The notes under the pieces were generated by a model. The model was not told the origin of the DNA, searched no databases, and saw only the letters and a program-made list of their open reading frames with translations. Of a DNA stretch of 64,000 bases, positions 19,922 through 30,790 are shown piece after piece. Each line of letters starts with the position of its first letter. The first letter of the stretch is position 1. This stretch comes from Gammaproteobacteria bacterium (GTDB lineage Bacteria; Pseudomonadota; Gammaproteobacteria; Eutrophobiales; Eutrophobiaceae), in contig CBDCTH010000012.1 in the NCBI GenBank assembly GCA_965222155.1, positions 3,072,001 through 3,136,000 on the forward strand, written 5' to 3'. The position numbers and the translations under genes are program-made.

Positions 19922-20084
19922 CGACTCCAAGTCGAGCTTCGATTTCCTCCATGATGTCACTGACTGTCTTATTGCTCACACCGCTATTCATGCCTTCCTG
20001 AATTGCGGCTTTGAGCGCCAGAAACCTGGAGTTATGCTTGTGGAGCGCGGTTTTGACAGTAGTTTGTTTACCTGCTTTTTTCAT
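19908..20084 (-). CDS. ParD-like antitoxin (58 aa, probably lacking the DNA-binding N-terminus)
   Basis: LALKAAIQEGMNSGVSNKTVSDIMEEIEARL; stop overlaps the parE start region. Confidence 0.6.
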   Translation of the reverse strand: MKKAGKQTTVKTALHKHNSRFLALKAAIQEGMNSGVSNKTVSDIMEEIEARLGVDGRL

Positions 20085-20142
20085 AGAGTATCCTTATTTG
20101 ACGTTTCAACCTGTTGATTTTTCGCCGGATTCTCCAGCGCTA

Positions 20143-20868
20143 TCAGTAAGGCGGTTCAGCCGGTCCGTCGTAGCCACAGACGCCTGTGCGCGGGGAGTTG
20201 AAGATACCCATCAGGCCACCGTATTCGTCGTGTTCACTATGGGCTGCGGCGTCATCGCCGCAGACGAAGCCTTGCTCAACTTCGTCGTCGCTGTCGTAGC
20301 AGTCATGACATATCCACTGCGCGGGTTTGCTGCAAACATTGCATGGGGGTGGCTCGAAATTGTTACGCGCCATCAACGCAACAGCGTTTCCGGTTGTTGG
20401 CCCTCCGGTACGTTGTCCGACTACTTTGAGCGTTAACTCGGTAGTTGAACCAAAGTCATATTCGTAGTCAATCTCCAGGCCGGCCTTCAAGACCCGCTCT
20501 AGCTTGACATCCATTGACTTTTTGTCTTCTCCATAGTCAAACAGTTTGGGGGTAATCTGTGTGTAACGCCGTCCCCGGATGGTGAAATCGCTCATATGAC
20601 CACAACATTCGAGCCAAATCCAGCGCAAATAGTCGTCCAGGTCCGTTAATGTTGCGCGCCCACGTACTTCAAGTTGCAGCCAGTATCCCAGGTCGTACGC
20701 GTCCTGCACTTGAAGGTGATACTGCTTTTCGCGGCGCCCTCGTTCATTGGCCTGGCGTATTTTGTTCTGCCGTTGCGCGCAACTCTGCAAATGCCTGACC
20801 ATGCGGCTTCGGGTTATCTCATTGTGACAATAATTGCAAACGCCTTTGGTCTGTCTGCTACGCGCCAT
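20143..20868 (-). CDS. pRiA4b ORF-3-like / IS1096 passenger TnpR-like protein with Zn-binding motifs
   Basis: TLTDLDDYLRWIWLECCGHMS.F, YEYDFGSTT, NSPRTGVCGY. Confidence 0.75.
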   Translation of the reverse strand: MARSRQTKGVCNYCHNEITRSRMVRHLQSCAQRQNKIRQANERGRREKQYHLQVQDAYDLGYWLQLEVRGRATLTDLDDYLRWIWLECCGHMSDFTIRGRRYTQITPKLFDYGEDKKSMDVKLERVLKAGLEIDYEYDFGSTTELTLKVVGQRTGGPTTGNAVALMARNNFEPPPCNVCSKPAQWICHDCYDSDDEVEQGFVCGDDAAAHSEHDEYGGLMGIFNSPRTGVCGYDGPAEPPY

Positions 20869-21007
20869 ATATTCAGTTAAGCTGAACTGTGGTTATTTCC
20901 TGGTTAGTTTACAGATCATACGTCATACCCAGCAAATGAAGAAGCACTGTATTGCATCGATCTCAAAGAGATAAATCAGAGCTATGTAAGGTGTTACAGT
21001 TTCCCAA

Positions 21008-21796
21008 TCATGGCGATGAAATTCCGTTTTCGCTTATGTGTCCTACGCAAGGCGTCCAGGTAACTTCCGGCAGCCGCTCAAAGATAACATGCATGTGGCC
21101 ATCGGAATCATCCATGCTTGGCATCGCCTCTTCTGCCTTACGTAGGGCAAACTCGGTTAACTGAATGACCGCCTCGGCCTGGCCGTTCCTGAGTAGTGTT
21201 TCAACGGAATCGACGGCGGTCTCAACAGTTTTGGCATAACCATAAGCAGCCTGATAATCGATGAAATATCCGGGAAGTATTGTCTCTTCGAGCGCCTTCT
21301 GCACGACTGAGATATTCGTATCTCCCCCAATATCGCGGGCGACCTTCAGTTGCAGTTGCCTGTACAGGCTTTGATCGTCCATTGCCTGTTCGACCAGCAG
21401 CTCAGCAAGCGTGGCGACGTCCTGTTTTTGTAACCAGGCATGAATATCTTCTGCGCTAATTTCCTTGCGGGCTTTTTTCCGGGGAGGTCTCCGAGTGGAT
21501 TTGTTATCGCCGGCAGCTTCAGTTCCGGTTTGCTCCAACAGCGCCAGCCCTACCGCCACGCAATGTTTGCAGAATACATAGTCCAGGCCATCTGGGCAAC
21601 TGCATCCATAATCCAGTTCTCCGTTCTTTTCCCACAAATTCACCTGGTAATCCTGAGTGCCTGTCACTGTAGCGCTGATCCTTTCCCGGTATTTACGCAG
21701 GCTGGCTACCGCGCCGCCATGATAATATTCCTGGCCCCGCTGAAACCTGAGACTGTCTGTCAGGGAGCGCAAACGTTTTTCAGTAATCATGCTCAT
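21008..21796 (-). pseudogene. SWIM zinc-finger protein, probably C-terminally truncated
   Basis: RGQEY, CSCPD..FCKHCVAVGL; ends abruptly after DDSDG...ERL. Confidence 0.7.
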
Positions 21797-22135
21797 GGAT
21801 ATTCAAAGGATAACATCAGAGTGAATCATAAACTGCTCTGTAGCATTATCAAATCATCATCCAGGCCATGACGCAAGACGTCTCACTATCTATTTCCAGT
21901 TGCAGCTCCGTTGCTCGCGTTTTTCGGTACGGCCTTTCGCAATGCCTTATCAGATGAGATTTGAGGACTGAAGAAGGTGATGATTTCTTTCATTGATCTA
22001 TCGGCCAATCAGGTATATTCGCAGCGTTTTCATATATGTTATTTTCTGACACTGCCTGGAAGTTGGATAAAAGAAGAAAACATCCACCTGAACTTCTTTA
22101 TAATATCAAAATTCAGAGGGTTGCCCCTTGCATTC

Positions 22136-22501
22136 ATGATGAAAGAAAAAAAAGTGACCGGGATTACCCGGATTATCAAAGCCACGATATATTCCTACCG
22201 GGGACTGGTAACCTGTTTTAAAACCGAGGCCGCGTTTCGGCAGGAACTGGCCCTGGCGCTGGTGTTGGTGCCGCTTGGCCTGTGGCTGGGTAATTCCGGG
22301 ATAGAGCGGGCATTGCTCGCAGGCAGTATCCTGCTGGTTCTGATAGTCGAATTATTGAATACCGGTGTCGAATACGTCGTTGATCGATTCGGGGGTGAAA
22401 TTCACGAATTATCCGGCAAGGCAAAGGACATCGCATCCGCAGCAGTGTTTCTTGCCTTGTGCAACGTTGCCGTCGTGTGGGCCCTGGTCCTGTTTTTTTA
22501 A
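22136..22501 (+). CDS. dgkA: Diacylglycerol kinase
   Basis: EAAFRQEL, ELLNTGVEYVVDR, SGKAKDIASAAV. Confidence 0.95.
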   Translation: MMKEKKVTGITRIIKATIYSYRGLVTCFKTEAAFRQELALALVLVPLGLWLGNSGIERALLAGSILLVLIVELLNTGVEYVVDRFGGEIHELSGKAKDIASAAVFLALCNVAVVWALVLFF

Positions 22502-22656
22502 TCTCGACCTGGTTCACACATTAAGACGAAGTTCAGCCATTATGCTGTTTTACATCACTGAGTAAAATTACTCAATGATGTAAATAAAAATGCATTTAAC
22601 CTGTTTTTCCAATCAGTTACACACACCTGACAGAAGATCTTTATTGAGGTATCCCC

Positions 22657-23145
22657 ATGAAACTAGCTGGCTCATGCCATTGCGGCGCAGTGAAGTTCAG
22701 CGTTAATTCCCCCCATCCGTATCCGTTCAATTTTTGCTATTGCTGCATCTGCCGGAAGACGGCGGGAGGTGGTGGCTATGCTATCAATCTCGGCGCCGAG
22801 TTTGCGACGCTGGAGGTCAGCGGACGGGAAAATATCTCGGTGTATCGTGCCAGGATGAAAGATGAGGAGTCGGGAGAGTTCACGGAAAGCCCCGGCGAGC
22901 GTTCATTCTGCAGGACCTGTGCCAGTGCCCTGTGGGTGTGGGACCCGCGCTGGCCGCACCTGGTGCATCCGTTCGTATCGGTCGTCGACAGTGAATTGCC
23001 TGTTGCCCCAGAGCGTACCCACCTCATGCTGGACAGCAAGGTAGATTGGGTACAGGCAGACATCAGGGCTAACGACAAGACCTTCCCGCACTACCCGGAA
23101 GAGTCCCTGGCGGAGTGGCATGAACGCCTGGGCCTGGTGTGTTGA
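22657..23145 (+). CDS. GFA (glutathione-dependent formaldehyde-activating) family protein
   Basis: GSCHCGAV, CYCCICRK, FCRTCASALW. Confidence 0.9.
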   Translation: MKLAGSCHCGAVKFSVNSPHPYPFNFCYCCICRKTAGGGGYAINLGAEFATLEVSGRENISVYRARMKDEESGEFTESPGERSFCRTCASALWVWDPRWPHLVHPFVSVVDSELPVAPERTHLMLDSKVDWVQADIRANDKTFPHYPEESLAEWHERLGLVC

Positions 23146-23155
23146 GAAATGGGGC

Positions 23156-24620
23156 CTACAGCTTTAATTCGCCGAAATAAACCTCGATATTGTCCTTGGT
23201 GAACACCAGGCGCACCCGGGTCTTTGCCTGGTTTACGCGCTGCCCATCGACCACCTTCGGTTTGAAGCGCCAATTAGGGGCGACGTCCAGGGTGACCTGG
23301 TCAAACACTCGCCCCGGTTTTGATTCGATGATCCTGGTATCTAACACGCGCCCTTCCATTGTGACCGTAAATTCCACCAGGGCCCAGCCGGCCGGCCTGG
23401 TTCCGTCCTGAAAAACCGGATATTTAGGCTGCATCACGTATAAGGGTACGGCCGGTCCGTCCTTGTCGGGGGTATAGCGGATGACCTTGTCGGCATGGCC
23501 GGCAAATTTATCATCGCGCAGGGCGACGTATAATTTCGCCAGGCGGGAATGGTTTGCCAGCACTATGGGATCATCTTCGAGCAGGTTGTCCTCGTAGATG
23601 CGCAGCGCTTCCATATATCTCTGTTCCGCTTTGTCAAATTCCTGGCGGGTCAGGTCGACATCTCCAAGCAGGGAAATAACGTCCGCCGAACGCACGTTGT
23701 CCTTACCGAAATTCTCGTCATAAATAGCCAGGGCCTCGCGATAGGCCGCCTCGCCTTCATCCACGTTTTGCTCGGCGATATGAATTGCCGCCTCCTGAAC
23801 CAGGACATTGGCGATGCCCGCCGATCTGTCACCGGATTGTTTGCTGATGATGGAGATGATCGTATCCAGTTCCCCCCGCGCCTTTTCCAGTTCCTGCTTG
23901 CTGACATAGATTTTGGCCTGGTCTTCATGCACGGTAATCAGGTCCACATGGTCGGGCCCGTGCTGCTTGATTATCTCGGCTTTTGCCTGCAACAGGATGG
24001 GTTCGGCCTCCTCCATTTCCCCGATCGCGATAAGGATGTGGGCCAGGTTAACCTGCAGGACGGGAATTTTTTCATGGTCGGCGCCCAATTCCTTGAGCGC
24101 CAGGTCCAGCACCTTGCGCGCAAGCTCGGCGGCGCGGGCATAATTCCGTTGCGCATACGCGGCGTTATAGGCACGGTAGGTCTTGGTAAATTCTTTGGAG
24201 ACCTGGATCTCTTCCTGTGCCGCCGAGGGTTGGCAACAGAGCAACAGGAAGGCGCAGATCGCTGTTAACCCGCATATCTCACCAATCCGCTTATTGCCAG
24301 AGAAAACGTTCATCGTTGTCAATAGGGTATCTCGGTTTATGTCACTTTGCCATTATCACAGACTGCGCTTGATGCGTTCATTGCGCACATCCATGTACGC
24401 AACCCTGCGGGCGGCTGTTGCCGTGCAAATCGGCTATCCTGCCGATTTGTCTCGCTTGTCTTTTTCCCGCCAGCGGGCACGTGCTCCCTCAACCAGAGAG
24501 ACGACTATGCTTTCGGTCCCCGTATCAAGTACGGGGCAGGCTCCGGCACCCGCCGGCGGGAAAAATCCTGCGCAATCATCGCATCAATTGGCGAGATATA
24601 CGGGTTAAGATGGAACGCAT
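23156..24620 (-). CDS. TPR-repeat + TonB C-terminal domain protein; native ATG (24620) separated from the body by a MITE, alternative in-frame starts at 24313/24322
   Basis: Kinesin-light-chain-type TPRs, then P.YP...G...VEFTV...G.V...WRFKP; removing the MITE restores MRSILTAICAFLLLCCQPSAA. Confidence 0.85.
24266..24607. mobile_element. Family A MITE copy 1 (TA-flanked, ~21-bp TIR) carrying nested sub-repeats
   Basis: TAACCCGCATATCTCACCAAT ... ATTGGCGAGATATACGGGTTA; interior shared with the copies at 28705 and 49381. Confidence 0.85.
24379..24451. repeat. Family C repeat core (73 bp), nested in MITE A1
   Basis: CATTGCGCACATCC...CGCAACCCTGCGGGCGGC...GTGCAAATCGGCTATCCTGCCGATTTGTC, also seen at 44698 and 48609. 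Confidence 0.8.
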
Positions 24621-24704
24621 TTTCTGTCCTGATTAATCAATAGTAATAACCTGTTTCGCATATCCGTGATTATACGGGGTTTTCTACCCACACTGCTCAA
24701 AAAA

Positions 24705-25445
24705 CTATCTGCACACCGGGCATTCGGGATCTTTCGGCAGAATGGCGCTATGCCATTCCATCGCCATCACGTCTATCAGCAACAGCCGCCCCTGCAAGGT
24801 GTCGCCGAGGTCCATGATCAGTTTCATGGCTTCCGTCGCCTGAATGCTCCCGACGATACCCAGTAACGGCGCCAGTACGCCGTTGGCGGTGCAGGTCGCT
24901 TCAACTTCCGAGTCTTCCTTATACAGACAACGATAACAGGGAGAGGTTTCATGGTTCGGATTAAATACGCTGATTTGCGCCTCGAAGCGAATGGCTGCGG
25001 CAGAAACCAGGGGTGTACCCGTAGCGACGGATGCCCGGTTGACGGCGAAGCGGGTGGCGAAGTTATCACTCGCATCAACGATGATGTCCGCTTGCTCCGC
25101 ATAGTTCTTCAATTCATCTTGCGTCAGCATGCGGTCGATCAAGGTCAGTTTGACGTCGGGATTCAGCGCCCTCAGGTGGTCTGCCCCGGACTCTACTTTC
25201 AGCCGTCCGATATCGGCGGTTTTATAGAGTATCTGGCGCTGCAGGTTGGACAGGTCTACCCTGTCGAAATCGACCAGGATGATATGTCCCACCCCGCCGG
25301 CAGCCAGGTAAATGGAAGCGGAGGAGCCCAGACCCCCGGCGCCTATCATCAGTACGGTTGCCTGCGCCAGGCGCAACTGCCCTTCCGCATCGATTTCGGG
25401 CAGCATGATCTGCCGGCTGTACCTTAACAGTTGTTCGTCGTTCAT
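24705..25445 (-). CDS. moeB: HesA/MoeB/ThiF family adenylyltransferase
   Basis: MNDEQLLRYSRQ, GAGGLG, SNLQRQ, PCYRC, CPVC. Confidence 0.92.
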   Translation of the reverse strand: MNDEQLLRYSRQIMLPEIDAEGQLRLAQATVLMIGAGGLGSSASIYLAAGGVGHIILVDFDRVDLSNLQRQILYKTADIGRLKVESGADHLRALNPDVKLTLIDRMLTQDELKNYAEQADIIVDASDNFATRFAVNRASVATGTPLVSAAAIRFEAQISVFNPNHETSPCYRCLYKEDSEVEATCTANGVLAPLLGIVGSIQATEAMKLIMDLGDTLQGRLLLIDVMAMEWHSAILPKDPECPVCR

Positions 25446-25458
25446 AAGGGCAACCCGT

Positions 25459-26295
25459 TCATGGTCGTATGGCGAGGGTGAACCGCTCACGGCCAGCAAG
25501 GTCTTGCCGGGTGGCGATGTCCCGGTAATGGTTGAGCCTGAATTGCTGCCTGACAAAATTGCCCTGGTCGTGGGCATGCTCAATGATCATGAACCCGCCT
25601 GGATTGATATGCCTGAACCCGTTGATAACGATGATACGGATACTGGCAGTGCCGTTATGTCCGCCATCCAGGGCGAGGCGCGGTTCGTGGCGGATTTCAT
25701 CGGCAGGCAATGTGGAACTGGGAAAATCCACGTAGGGGGGATTACATAAAATTGCATCAAAGCATCTGTTATCCAGGTTCCCGAACCAGTCCGACTGCCG
25801 GAATGATATATTGGCGACCTTGTTTGACGCGGCATTTACCCGGGCGACGGCCAGCGCGTCCGTGCTCAGGTCAACGGCCGTGACGGCGCAATGTGGGCGG
25901 GCGGCAGCCACGGCGACGGCAATCGCACCGCTGCCGGTCCCCAGGTCGAGGATACTGGCCCGGCTGTTACCGGGGATGAGCTCGAGCGCCGCTTCAACCA
26001 GTAATTCCGTCTCCGGCCTGGGTATCAGGGTATGACGGTTCACCCGGAATGCCATTGAGCGGAATTCCTTTACTCCGGTCAGGTAGGCGACGGGATAACC
26101 GGCGCGCCTGCTGTTCAGCAAGCGCTTGAAATCCGCGACTGAGGATTGCTGCGCCGTCAGTTCCGGATGGGCATACAAGCGGCTCCGGTCTGTCCCGAGA
26201 ACGGTTGCCAGCAGCACCTCCGCGTCAAGCCGCGGGCTGTCCGAGGAGCGCAGTTGGTGCGCTGCGAAGCGTAATAATTGTCGCACCGTCAGCAT
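25459..26295 (-). CDS. prmC: Release factor glutamine methyltransferase
   Basis: LIPRPETE, LDLGTGSG, NPPY. Confidence 0.95.
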   Translation of the reverse strand: MLTVRQLLRFAAHQLRSSDSPRLDAEVLLATVLGTDRSRLYAHPELTAQQSSVADFKRLLNSRRAGYPVAYLTGVKEFRSMAFRVNRHTLIPRPETELLVEAALELIPGNSRASILDLGTGSGAIAVAVAAARPHCAVTAVDLSTDALAVARVNAASNKVANISFRQSDWFGNLDNRCFDAILCNPPYVDFPSSTLPADEIRHEPRLALDGGHNGTASIRIIVINGFRHINPGGFMIIEHAHDQGNFVRQQFRLNHYRDIATRQDLAGRERFTLAIRP

Positions 26296-26301
26296 CTGCC
26301 G

Positions 26302-27384
26302 TTACTCGCCAAGAGCTGCTAGCAGGTCGGCCTGGTGTTCGTTGATCAACGGGTCGACAATCATATCCAGTCCACCCTGCATGATCTCCTCCAACCGGTA
26401 CAGGGTCAGGCCGATTCTGTGATCAGTCACTCTTCCCTGCGGAAAGTTGTAGGTCCTGATGCGCTCCGAGCGGTCTCCCGAACCAATCAGGTTACGCCTG
26501 TTTTCGGCTATTTCCGATGCTTGTTTCGCTTTTTCGGCAGAGAGCAGTTTCGCCCGCAGCAAGGCCATGGCCCGGGCGCGGTTTTTGTGCTGGGAGCGTT
26601 CGTCCTGGCATTCCACCACAATGCCACTGGGCAGGTGGGTGATGCGTATGGCGGAGTCCGTCTTGTTGACATGCTGGCCGCCGGCCCCGGACGCGCGGAA
26701 GGTGTCTGTCCTGAGATCGCCCGGGTTGATTTCGATTTCGTTTATTTCATCAGCTTCGGGCAGGACGGCAACAGTACAGGCTGAGGTATGGATACGGCCC
26801 TGGGACTCCGTTTCCGGTACCCGTTGGACCCGGTGTGCGCCGGACTCGAACTTCAGTCTCGAATAGGCGCCGTTGCCAAGGATGCGCATGATAATTGCCT
26901 TGTAGCCCTCCAGGTCGCTTTCCGTGGTACTCAACAACTCGACTTCCCAGTTTGATTTCTCGGCATAGCGGGAATACATCCGCATTAAATCGGCCGAGAA
27001 CAGAGCTGCTTCCTCCCCGCCCGTCCCTGCCCGGATTTCCAGGAAGATATTACTTTTATCCGCCGGGTCCGTGGGCAGCAACAGTTTTTGCAATTCCTGA
27101 TCCAGTGCCTCCAGCCGTTGCCGGGAGATATCGATTTCCTCGGTGGCCAGTTCCCGGATGTCCTTATCGCTGTCCTTCAGCATAGCCCTGGCATTATCCT
27201 GTGCCAGCAGGGTTGACCGGTAGTTTTTGAAACAGTCGACGATCGGGCTGATTTCTGCCGCTTCCTTGTTCAGGTCACGGTAACGATTTTGATCATTGAT
27301 GACATCCGGAACGGACAGCAGCGCATAGATCTCCTCCTGGCGTTCACACAGCTTTTCCAGCTTTTGTCGCAGACTGTCCTTCAT
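26302..27384 (-). CDS. prfA: Peptide chain release factor 1
   Basis: GGQ motif, VPET anticodon mimic, hemA-prfA-prmC synteny. Confidence 0.97.
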   Translation of the reverse strand: MKDSLRQKLEKLCERQEEIYALLSVPDVINDQNRYRDLNKEAAEISPIVDCFKNYRSTLLAQDNARAMLKDSDKDIRELATEEIDISRQRLEALDQELQKLLLPTDPADKSNIFLEIRAGTGGEEAALFSADLMRMYSRYAEKSNWEVELLSTTESDLEGYKAIIMRILGNGAYSRLKFESGAHRVQRVPETESQGRIHTSACTVAVLPEADEINEIEINPGDLRTDTFRASGAGGQHVNKTDSAIRITHLPSGIVVECQDERSQHKNRARAMALLRAKLLSAEKAKQASEIAENRRNLIGSGDRSERIRTYNFPQGRVTDHRIGLTLYRLEEIMQGGLDMIVDPLINEHQADLLAALGE

Positions 27385-27418
27385 AAATCAAATCATTTCC
27401 AGGATGTGGAAATGCCTG

Positions 27419-28699
27419 TTACTCCTCGTCCCCGTTCTGCAAATCATCCGGCGGCAGGTTGTACAAATCCCGTACCACCCGCAGCATGGCCTGTTTTTGT
27501 GCTGCATCGAGCTTATGCAATTTGGCGCTTGGGGAGTGGATCAATTTGTTGGTTAGCGTCCGGGTGGCCTCGTGAAGCAGGTCTTCGGGGGGCGCCCCCA
27601 GCCGTAATTTTTGCAGTGCCGACTCCAATACGTCTGCGCGAACTTCCTGTGCCTGGTTGCGCAGTGCCCGGATTGTCGCAACGGCATCCTGCGAATTAAT
27701 CCAGGCCATGAACTGGGCAACCTCAGTGTCGATGATCTGTTCCGCCTGTCTTACCGCTTCCCGCCGGGTTTTTATATTGTCGTCGATAATACTTCTCAGG
27801 TCGTCCACGGTATACAGGTAAACGTCTTCCAGTTCACCCACGTCGGGTTCCACGTCCCGCGGTACCGCAATGTCCAGGATAAACACGGGTTTGTGTTTAC
27901 GTTGCAAAACAGCTGTCTCAATCATACTCCTGCTCAGCAGCGGCCGTCGGCTTGCAGTGGAGGAGATGACGATGTCTGCTTCGTCCAGGTGCCGGGGTAG
28001 TTCATCCAGCGTGATGGTGTATGCGGAATATTGCTGGGCCAGCTTCTGTGCTCTTTCCGGGGTACGGTTGGCAACAATCATTTTATGCAGGCCGTTGTCA
28101 CGCAAGTGTTTTGCGGCGAGTTCTATGGTTTCGCCGGCGCCGATGAGCAATGCAGTCTGCCTGGACAGGTCACCAAATATCTGTCTGGCCAGACGCACTG
28201 CCGCGTAGGCGATTGACACCGGATGGTTCCCTATCGTGGTGTTGCTGCGTACGTCCTTGGCGACTTTGAACGAATGCTGGAACAGCCGGTTCAGCATTTT
28301 ACCGATACTGCCTGCCTCTATGGCCGTCTGGTAAGCCCGTTTCAGTTGCCCCAGCACCTGAGGTTCTCCGACCACCATGGAGTCCAGCCCGCTGGCCACG
28401 CGCAACACGTGCTTGACCGCGCCGGCGCCGGGGTGAGTATAGATGTAGCCGTGCAGTTCACTTTTGTTGCAACCGTGAAATCCGGAAAACCAGTCAATTG
28501 GTCGTTCCAGGTCTGCGGCGTTGAGGTTGCAGTAGATTTCGGTGCGGTTACAGGTGGACAGGATAGCCGCCTCATCGATGTCTGTGTCCCCGGTCAACTC
28601 GGTCAGGGCGTCAGACAACACGCCCTCGTCGAAGGTCACTTTTTCGCGTACCTCCAAGGGAGCAGTGGTATGGTTAAGACCAAAAGCCAGAAGCGCCAT
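27419..28699 (-). CDS. hemA: Glutamyl-tRNA reductase
   Basis: STCNRTE, GLDSMVVGEPQ, DIAVPRD. Confidence 0.97.
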   Translation of the reverse strand: MALLAFGLNHTTAPLEVREKVTFDEGVLSDALTELTGDTDIDEAAILSTCNRTEIYCNLNAADLERPIDWFSGFHGCNKSELHGYIYTHPGAGAVKHVLRVASGLDSMVVGEPQVLGQLKRAYQTAIEAGSIGKMLNRLFQHSFKVAKDVRSNTTIGNHPVSIAYAAVRLARQIFGDLSRQTALLIGAGETIELAAKHLRDNGLHKMIVANRTPERAQKLAQQYSAYTITLDELPRHLDEADIVISSTASRRPLLSRSMIETAVLQRKHKPVFILDIAVPRDVEPDVGELEDVYLYTVDDLRSIIDDNIKTRREAVRQAEQIIDTEVAQFMAWINSQDAVATIRALRNQAQEVRADVLESALQKLRLGAPPEDLLHEATRTLTNKLIHSPSAKLHKLDAAQKQAMLRVVRDLYNLPPDDLQNGDEE

Positions 28700-28704
28700 A
28701 TTAT

Positions 28705-28951
28705 TAACTCGGATATTACGCCAGTTCGCTTGTCATTAATGGAAAATTTAATGCTGTCAATAGGTTATTTACAGTGTATCACTTCTATCTTCGTTGCAAA
28801 CTACGCTGGATGTGCCCTCGCTTGTCTTTTTTGCGCTGGCGGGCACGTGCTCCCTCAACCAGAATTACCACTATGCTTTCGGTCGCAGGCACCCGCCAGC
28901 GCAAAAAATCCTGCGCAATCATCGCATCCACTGGCGCAATTTCCGAGTTTA
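28705..28951. mobile_element. Family A MITE copy 2 (247 bp)
   Basis: TAACTCGGATATTACGCCAGT ... ACTGGCGCAATTTCCGAGTTTA; 5 bp from the hemA ATG. Confidence 0.85.
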
Positions 28952-28998
28952 TAGTTTACCACGTTGTCGTATTTTCATTTCAGGATATAATCACGAAA

Positions 28999-30777
28999 AT
29001 GCGTAAAGAATCGGATATCAGGCCACTCGGCCACCTCGCAAGACTCGTGCTGCCGGTCGTTGTCACGCTTGTAATGGTGGCCTGTGCCCAAACTAACCTG
29101 AGTTCGATAGCGCCTGTTGAGCCCGAGACTATCCAGGAAGATACCGGCAGGAATGCAAAGATCATCCGTGTTGAGCCGGTCCGCCCTAAGATCGCGTTAA
29201 CCGAAGAGCTCCTCTATAAGTTGCTGATCGCCGAGATTGCAGGGCATAGGGGGTTGCTGGACATATCGATTCAGAATTACCTGGATCTGGCCCGTTCCAC
29301 CAGAGACCACCGTATCGTTGAGCGGACCGCGCGCATCGCAGTTTACGCCCGTAACGATGCCGCCGCCCTGGCTGCAGCCCGGTTATGGGTGGAACTTGAC
29401 CCGCGCAATCCCGATCCGCACCAGGTGCTGGCGGTCATGAAATTGCGCGCCGGTGACCTGGAACAGGCGGCGTTGCATTTGCAGGACATTTTTACTTATT
29501 CGGATGGAGAAGCGGATGAAAGGTTATGGATGATTGCCAACCTGCTGGGAAGTGAAAATGACAAGGAAGCGGTATTGGACATTATGGAAAAACTGGTTAT
29601 CTCCCAGAATAATTCTCCCGGCGCTCTGTATGCTTTTGCGCACGTCGCCGCCAAACTGGAAGACCTGGAGCGATCGCGGGAATTGCTTGAAGAGACACTC
29701 GCCCAGGCCCCGGACAATGATAACGCGGCGCTCAGCTATATTTCCATACTGCAGCGCCTGGGCCGGGAACAGGAGGCATTGGCCTGGTTGGAACAGGAGT
29801 TGGCGCAACGCGAGGAGAACGACTTCAACCTGCGTATGGCTTATGCAAGACTATTGATGGAATTCAGGCAGTTCGACAAGGCGCTGGACCAATTTGAACT
29901 GCTGGCCGGACGGGAACCCGGGAATCCTGACGTGCTGTATGCCCTGGGTCTGTTGTATCTGCAGAGCAATCGTCTGGATGATTCCGAGACGCTGTTCAAA
30001 AAATTATCGGAGCGGGAAGCCCTGACGGACGTCGCCAATTATTACCTCGGGCGAATCGCGGAGGAAAAGCGGCGCTATGATGAAGCCTCTGCCTGGTATC
30101 AGGGCGTGCATAAAGGCGAACATTATTTTGATGCCCAGGTCAGGCTTGCCATGTTGCTGGCGAGGAAGGGAGAAGTGGAAGAGGCGCGCAACCACCTCAA
30201 CTCCATACGGCAGCAGAGTGGACAACAAGCGCTGATCATTGTGCAGGCGGAAGGCGAATTGCTGATCCAGGCGCAACGTTATGAAGAAGCCATCGCGGTC
30301 TATACCAAAGCCCTGGGAGATCAATACGATGCCGACCTGTTGTACTCCCGGGCCATGGCGGCGGAAAAAATCGCCAGGCTGGATATGCTGGAAACGGACC
30401 TCAGGACAATACTCCGGCACGAACCGGACCACGCACAGGCAATGAATGCATTAGGATACACCCTTGCAGATGCCACCGACCGTCTCACCGAAGCCTATGA
30501 GTTGATCAAGAAAGCCTTGGAACTCCGCCCCTCGGATTTCTATATCCTGGACAGCATGGGCTGGGTCCTGTACCGGCTGGGACGGCTGGATGAGGCCGTT
30601 GAGTACCTGAGAAAGGCCTTGAACATAAGACAGGATCCGGAAATTGCCGCCCACCTGGGAGAGGTACTATGGGTCAGGGGTGAGCGGGAACAGGCAAAAG
30701 AGGTCTGGGAAGCGGCCTTGAAACAGACGCCCGAAGATACCCGCCTGCTGGACGTGATTGAACATTTCAAGCCTTGA
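28999..30777 (+). CDS. Conserved TPR-repeat lipoprotein (hemA-divergent, upstream of lolB)
   Basis: Lipobox MVAC, multiple TPRs, NALGY, DSMGWV, AAHLGEVLW. Confidence 0.9.
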   Translation: MRKESDIRPLGHLARLVLPVVVTLVMVACAQTNLSSIAPVEPETIQEDTGRNAKIIRVEPVRPKIALTEELLYKLLIAEIAGHRGLLDISIQNYLDLARSTRDHRIVERTARIAVYARNDAAALAAARLWVELDPRNPDPHQVLAVMKLRAGDLEQAALHLQDIFTYSDGEADERLWMIANLLGSENDKEAVLDIMEKLVISQNNSPGALYAFAHVAAKLEDLERSRELLEETLAQAPDNDNAALSYISILQRLGREQEALAWLEQELAQREENDFNLRMAYARLLMEFRQFDKALDQFELLAGREPGNPDVLYALGLLYLQSNRLDDSETLFKKLSEREALTDVANYYLGRIAEEKRRYDEASAWYQGVHKGEHYFDAQVRLAMLLARKGEVEEARNHLNSIRQQSGQQALIIVQAEGELLIQAQRYEEAIAVYTKALGDQYDADLLYSRAMAAEKIARLDMLETDLRTILRHEPDHAQAMNALGYTLADATDRLTEAYELIKKALELRPSDFYILDSMGWVLYRLGRLDEAVEYLRKALNIRQDPEIAAHLGEVLWVRGEREQAKEVWEAALKQTPEDTRLLDVIEHFKP

Positions 30778-30790
30778 AGTTAAAACGACC

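Noticed and set aside
28774-28998. Long N-terminal extension of the TPR lipoprotein
   Set aside because: It is MITE A2 sequence; ATG 28999 precedes a plausible lipoprotein signal.
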